From Nanobdellota archaeon (GTDB lineage Archaea > Nanobdellota > Nanobdellia > Pacearchaeales > GW2011-AR1): a DNA stretch of 64,000 nt. Shown here in pieces: positions 59,977 to 64,000 of the stretch (positions are counted from its first letter, which is position 1; every line of letters begins with the position of its first letter). Position numbers and translations under genes: made by a program. The notes below the pieces were generated by a model. That model was not told the DNA's origin, did no database searches, and was given only the letters and a program-made list of their open reading frames with translations. The stretch spans positions 1-64,000 of the forward strand of contig JBBSXO010000006.1 of assembly GCA_038045705.1 (NCBI GenBank), read 5' to 3'.

Positions 59977-61653
59977 ATGGATAGTTTACTTTCACAAATA
60001 GGAATAATTGTAGGCATAGCTGCAATAATAGCTCTTCTTGGCAGAGTTATCAAACAACCATCAATAATAGCTTATCTAATTACAGGGGTTTTAGTAGGTC
60101 CTTTAGTCTTCAATTTAATAGATCCTACAATTCATTTACAGTCTCTAGCAAGTATAGGAATAACACTTTTACTTTTTATCATAGGAACAAGTTTAGATTT
60201 CAGAATTTTAAAAAGCGTAGGAGGAGCGTCAATTATAGGGGGTATTTCAACAGTAGTAATTGTATGTTCAGTAATATTCTTGATAGCTCAATTTCTTAAC
60301 TTTAGTTTAGTTCCAGCTTTATATATAGCCATAGCATTTTCTTTCTCAAGCGCAGTTGTGGTTGTAAAAATCCTATCCGATAAAAAAGAGATAGAAACAT
60401 TGCATGGACAGATAGCTTTGGGGATACTAATCGTAGAAAGTTTCATTGCAGCCTTAGCATTAATGATAATTCCAGTAATTTCAAACGATGGATTTTCAGG
60501 AATTTTGTCACAAATATCTAAATTTGTTTTAATGATTGCTCTAGTTGTTTTTGTTGGACATTTTATATTTTCAAAGATGTTAAGTTTTGCAGCTAAAAAT
60601 CAAGAAGTTCTTTTCCTTGTAAGCATAGCATGGGCACTAGCTGTTGGAGCAATATTCGAAATTTTAGGTTTATCTACTGAAATAGGAGCTCTAATTGCTG
60701 GAATGGTAATTGCATCTTCAAGATATAATCTGGAAATAAAATCAAAAGTAAAAGGAATAAGAGACTTTTTCGTAATTCTATTCTTCGTATATTTTGGAGC
60801 ACAGCTTTCAGCACCAATAACAACAGAGTTAGTAAAACAAGCAGTAATATTCTCAGTTTTTGTTTTAATTGGAAAACCAGTAATTGTAATGGCTCTAACA
60901 AGATCATTTGGATTCAAGAAAAGAACAAACTTTATGATTGGAACTAGCTTAACACAAGTAAGTGAATTCTCTTTAATAGTGATCTTACTTGGTTATAGTT
61001 TAGGACATATTTCCCAATCAGTATTTTCATTAACAATTCTAGTTACATTAGTTACAGTGTCTTTAAGCAGTTATGCGATTTATTTTTCAACTCCGATCTA
61101 TGAATCTATTTCCAGATTTCTAGGATTGTTTGATGGAAAAAAGAGAAACATAGGAAATAACAATAAAAAAGAAAAGTATGACATAATACTATTAGGATAT
61201 AGCAGATTAGGTTTTAATCTTGTCAAAGCTTTTGATCTTGCAAAGAAAAAATACTTAGTAGTGGATTATAATCCATTAACTATAATGAATCTTTCTAAAA
61301 GAGGGATAAATTGTGTATATGGAGATGTTAACGACTCTGAGTTTCTAAAAGGAATAAACATCAAATCAGTTAAAATGATAGTCTCAACTATACCAGATTA
61401 TTCTGCAAATCTAAACATAATAAAATCAATAAACTATAAAGAAACAACATTTATAGCAACATCAAATCAAATACATAACGCAATAGAATTATACAAAAAC
61501 GGCGCAGACTATGTTATAATGCCACATTATCTAGGTGGAGATCACATAGCAAGTATGCTCATAAGGGACAGCTTTAATAAAAAGACATTAAAAGAAGAAG
61601 GCAAAAATCATATAAAACAAATTCAAGAGAGACTAAAAGATAATTCTATCTAA
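59977..61653 (+). CDS. CPA2 cation:proton antiporter with TrkA-N domain (Kef-like)
   Basis: About 13 TM, 'QVSEFS', C-terminal 'LLGYSRLG', 'YGD'. Confidence 0.9.
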   Translation: MDSLLSQIGIIVGIAAIIALLGRVIKQPSIIAYLITGVLVGPLVFNLIDPTIHLQSLASIGITLLLFIIGTSLDFRILKSVGGASIIGGISTVVIVCSVIFLIAQFLNFSLVPALYIAIAFSFSSAVVVVKILSDKKEIETLHGQIALGILIVESFIAALALMIIPVISNDGFSGILSQISKFVLMIALVVFVGHFIFSKMLSFAAKNQEVLFLVSIAWALAVGAIFEILGLSTEIGALIAGMVIASSRYNLEIKSKVKGIRDFFVILFFVYFGAQLSAPITTELVKQAVIFSVFVLIGKPVIVMALTRSFGFKKRTNFMIGTSLTQVSEFSLIVILLGYSLGHISQSVFSLTILVTLVTVSLSSYAIYFSTPIYESISRFLGLFDGKKRNIGNNNKKEKYDIILLGYSRLGFNLVKAFDLAKKKYLVVDYNPLTIMNLSKRGINCVYGDVNDSEFLKGINIKSVKMIVSTIPDYSANLNIIKSINYKETTFIATSNQIHNAIELYKNGADYVIMPHYLGGDHIASMLIRDSFNKKTLKEEGKNHIKQIQERLKDNSI

Positions 61654-62264
61654 TCATCTATAATTATTCTCTTAAATAAGTCAAGGAATCTTAATACTAT
61701 CTCAAGACCAACTATAAATAAAAGAACATATCCAACAAAAATCATAAGCTGAGATATATTTTCAATAGCCTCACCAAACCTCACAAAGTCAAGTAATTTA
61801 TGGCTCAATAACGTTATAGCAAGTATTGTGAATGGTAAAAGTTTAGCTACTTCGGCAGATATTTCAGAATTATAATATGCAAGCAATCTAATTGAACCCA
61901 CAACTGCAGCAGATAAAACCAGAATTTGTTCTAGAGAGTTTACTTCAGAGAATAAAATTAAAACAAGTGCAAACAGCATATACCAGAATAAGACTAAAAA
62001 AGGCAAAATTACAATATATTCAATAAAGTAAAGAATCCCTGCAAACACCTTATTTAGAGTAGGATGGTCAAAAGAGTTATACTGTCCCAAATTAAGAGAG
62101 ATTATATCCTTTCTAGAAATCACTTTATGAACTTTCCATATGAATATGGAATAAATAAAGATCAGCAATGTGTAAACTGCCACATTAAAAATATTCTGAT
62201 AAATCTCTGGAAGAGAACCAATATAATTAATTAAATTACTAAAATAGTCTAATCCAATCACCAT
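61650..62264 (-). CDS. Membrane protein
   Basis: About 5 TM segments. Confidence 0.7.
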   Translation of the reverse strand: MVIGLDYFSNLINYIGSLPEIYQNIFNVAVYTLLIFIYSIFIWKVHKVISRKDIISLNLGQYNSFDHPTLNKVFAGILYFIEYIVILPFLVLFWYMLFALVLILFSEVNSLEQILVLSAAVVGSIRLLAYYNSEISAEVAKLLPFTILAITLLSHKLLDFVRFGEAIENISQLMIFVGYVLLFIVGLEIVLRFLDLFKRIIIDD

Positions 62265-62339
62265 TTAAACTTTAAGAATCAAGGATATTTAAAATGAGTC
62301 ATACAAAAACCATAAATACATCAAAAATTGAAAATACCT

Positions 62340-63197
62340 ATGACTATTCAGATAATTCTCTTTTACAAATTTGTAAGTCTTAATAATCTGGAATCTCTCA
62401 AAAAAAGACATTTAAATTTCTGCAACAATCTAAGTCTAAAAGGAAAAGTCTTGTTAGCAAAAGAGGGCATAAATGGTTCTATTTCAGGGACAAAAGAACA
62501 GATAGAACTGTATATACACGAGTTAAGAAAAGACTCTAGATTTTCGGATATTGAATTTAAAATAGAAGAGGGTATTATCAACCCCTTTGATAAAATGTTA
62601 GTAAGAGTAAGAAAAGAAATAATCAGGTTAGGAGAGGAAATTGACCTTACAAAAGTAGGCAAATATATTTCACCACAAGAATTTCTTGAATCTTACAAAG
62701 ACACAAATGTAGTAATAATTGATGCAAGAAATGAATATGAATCTAAAGTTGGAAAGTTTAAAGGAGCAATTATACCAAAAATTGAAACCTTTAGAGAATT
62801 TCCAGAATTTGTAAAAAATCTAAATATACCAAAAGATACAAAGATACTAACTTACTGCACAGGTGGAATTCGCTGCGAAAAAGCAAGTGCATACATGGTA
62901 AAAGAAGGTTTTACTAATGTAAGCCAATTACACGGAGGAATAATTAAATTCTGTCAAACTATTCCAAACACAGATGTCTGGGAAGGACAATGCTTTGTGT
63001 TTGACAATCGTCTTTCATCTCCAATAGGACAAGATAAAAAACAAATCAATAACTGTATACATTGTAACACACAATCAGACCTTTATAGAAACTGCAAAAT
63101 AAAAGTATGCAACAAACTCATATTTATTTGTAATAATTGCCGAAAAGACTTTCATGCTTGTTGTTCAGAAGATTGTATGAAGAAATTATTGAGGTAA
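62340..63197 (+). CDS. trhO: Rhodanese-domain tRNA U34 hydroxylase (TrhO/YceA family)
   Basis: 'LFYKF', 'EGING', 'DARNEYE..G.F.GA', 'YCTGGIRCEK', 'CFVFDNR', Cys-rich tail. Confidence 0.88.
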   Translation: MTIQIILFYKFVSLNNLESLKKRHLNFCNNLSLKGKVLLAKEGINGSISGTKEQIELYIHELRKDSRFSDIEFKIEEGIINPFDKMLVRVRKEIIRLGEEIDLTKVGKYISPQEFLESYKDTNVVIIDARNEYESKVGKFKGAIIPKIETFREFPEFVKNLNIPKDTKILTYCTGGIRCEKASAYMVKEGFTNVSQLHGGIIKFCQTIPNTDVWEGQCFVFDNRLSSPIGQDKKQINNCIHCNTQSDLYRNCKIKVCNKLIFICNNCRKDFHACCSEDCMKKLLR

Positions 63198-63304
63198 ATC
63201 AGATTATTAGGAGATGCTGGATTTATCGATATTGTTAAGTTTAGAGGAATAAGATTAAATTAAAGATGTTACAAAAGTTAAAAGATATAATTGGAAAGTG
63301 GTCT

Positions 63305-63724
63305 CTAGGTTAATTCTTGATAAACCATCCATTCAGCATAACCAGGAAATTCTCTTTGATATCCAGCTTGTGCAGGATTAATTGATGGCCAGTTTATCCA
63401 AGGATTCATCCAACCATTAGAAGTCTTAAGTAACCAATGCCCTTCAGGATACTTTCTGCTTCTTCTAGAAAATGCTATTGTGCCTTCTCTTCCTAATATT
63501 GCTTTATCCCTAGCTGGAGCTACTCTCTTAAAAGTATAATTTATTCCATTCTTATTAAGTGCTTTAACTAAGTCTAGACAAGAATAACCAGAAGTATAGG
63601 ATTTTTCCAATCTTCCAGATAATTTTCTTGCTTCTTGGTATGTTATTCCTAGCTCAGAAGCAACACAAGCTAAGCCACATCCCATGCCTTCTTCTTGAGC
63701 CACTAGTCTATGTTTTCTCATCAA
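63305..63724 (-). CDS. Peptidase C39-like protein
   Basis: 'QEEGMGCGLACVA' and 'GHW'. Confidence 0.65.
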   Translation of the reverse strand: MMRKHRLVAQEEGMGCGLACVASELGITYQEARKLSGRLEKSYTSGYSCLDLVKALNKNGINYTFKRVAPARDKAILGREGTIAFSRRSRKYPEGHWLLKTSNGWMNPWINWPSINPAQAGYQREFPGYAEWMVYQELT

Positions 63725-64000
63725 AACAATCTAATAAACTGGCTTAAAAACCTGTCGATATTTTTTTAATTTTATATTCGATAAAATAATAATTAAACCT
63801 TTGACAGTATCCTTTGTAAAACATTCATTCTAAAAATAAAAATTCATTCCCTTAAAATCAAACACCATTATAGAATCTAGCAAAAACCCATCCCATTACA
63901 TAAAACATAACATAACTCTGTAACAATCCAATTAATATAGTCCAATCATAAAATGAAAAACCTATCGGATACTTAGCAATTATAAATGCAGTCTCAAAAT

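Noticed and set aside
63855-64000. Partial membrane ORF at the window end with an apparent 1-nt frameshift
   Set aside because: Incomplete, so it cannot be called; noted because it hints that occasional indel errors may exist in this assembly.
1-64000. CRISPR array or rRNA
   Set aside because: No regularly spaced repeats or rRNA-like segments were seen.

Overview
The window joins two unrelated DNA sources at about 14,072. Bases 1-14,071 are GC-rich (roughly 60%) bacterial accessory/island DNA. They carry an XRE regulator-cyclodipeptide synthase-Na+/solute symporter operon, a broken DNA methylase, an IS3 remnant, a DUF4062-NB-ARC-TPR NLR-like protein, an integrase remnant beside a tRNA-Arg 3' fragment with flanking repeats, and an ApeA-like HEPN gene. 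Bases 14,072-64,000 are AT-rich (roughly 30% GC) archaeal chromosome, probably DPANN (Pacearchaeota/Woesearchaeota-like), based on TrmB regulators, archaeal-type TrpRS, IleRS, Ogg and uS10, TATA boxes about 25 nt upstream of starts, and a CCA-less tRNA-Ser. The highlight is a diversity-generating retroelement (DGR, 26.5-30.6 kb) inside a pyruvate dehydrogenase/acetate-CoA ligase neighbourhood. It has a target gene with an adenine-mutagenised variable repeat (VR) and no avd gene. In place of avd is a ~325-nt densely structured RNA whose ends pair around the template repeat (TR) and cover a putative RT ribosome-binding site. The RT is split by an (AG)7 microsatellite, and removing one AG unit restores a 363-aa RT (possible phase-variable switch). 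A second, drifted and frameshifted target paralog lies downstream. All calls come from motif recognition and manual alignment; no database searches were run.
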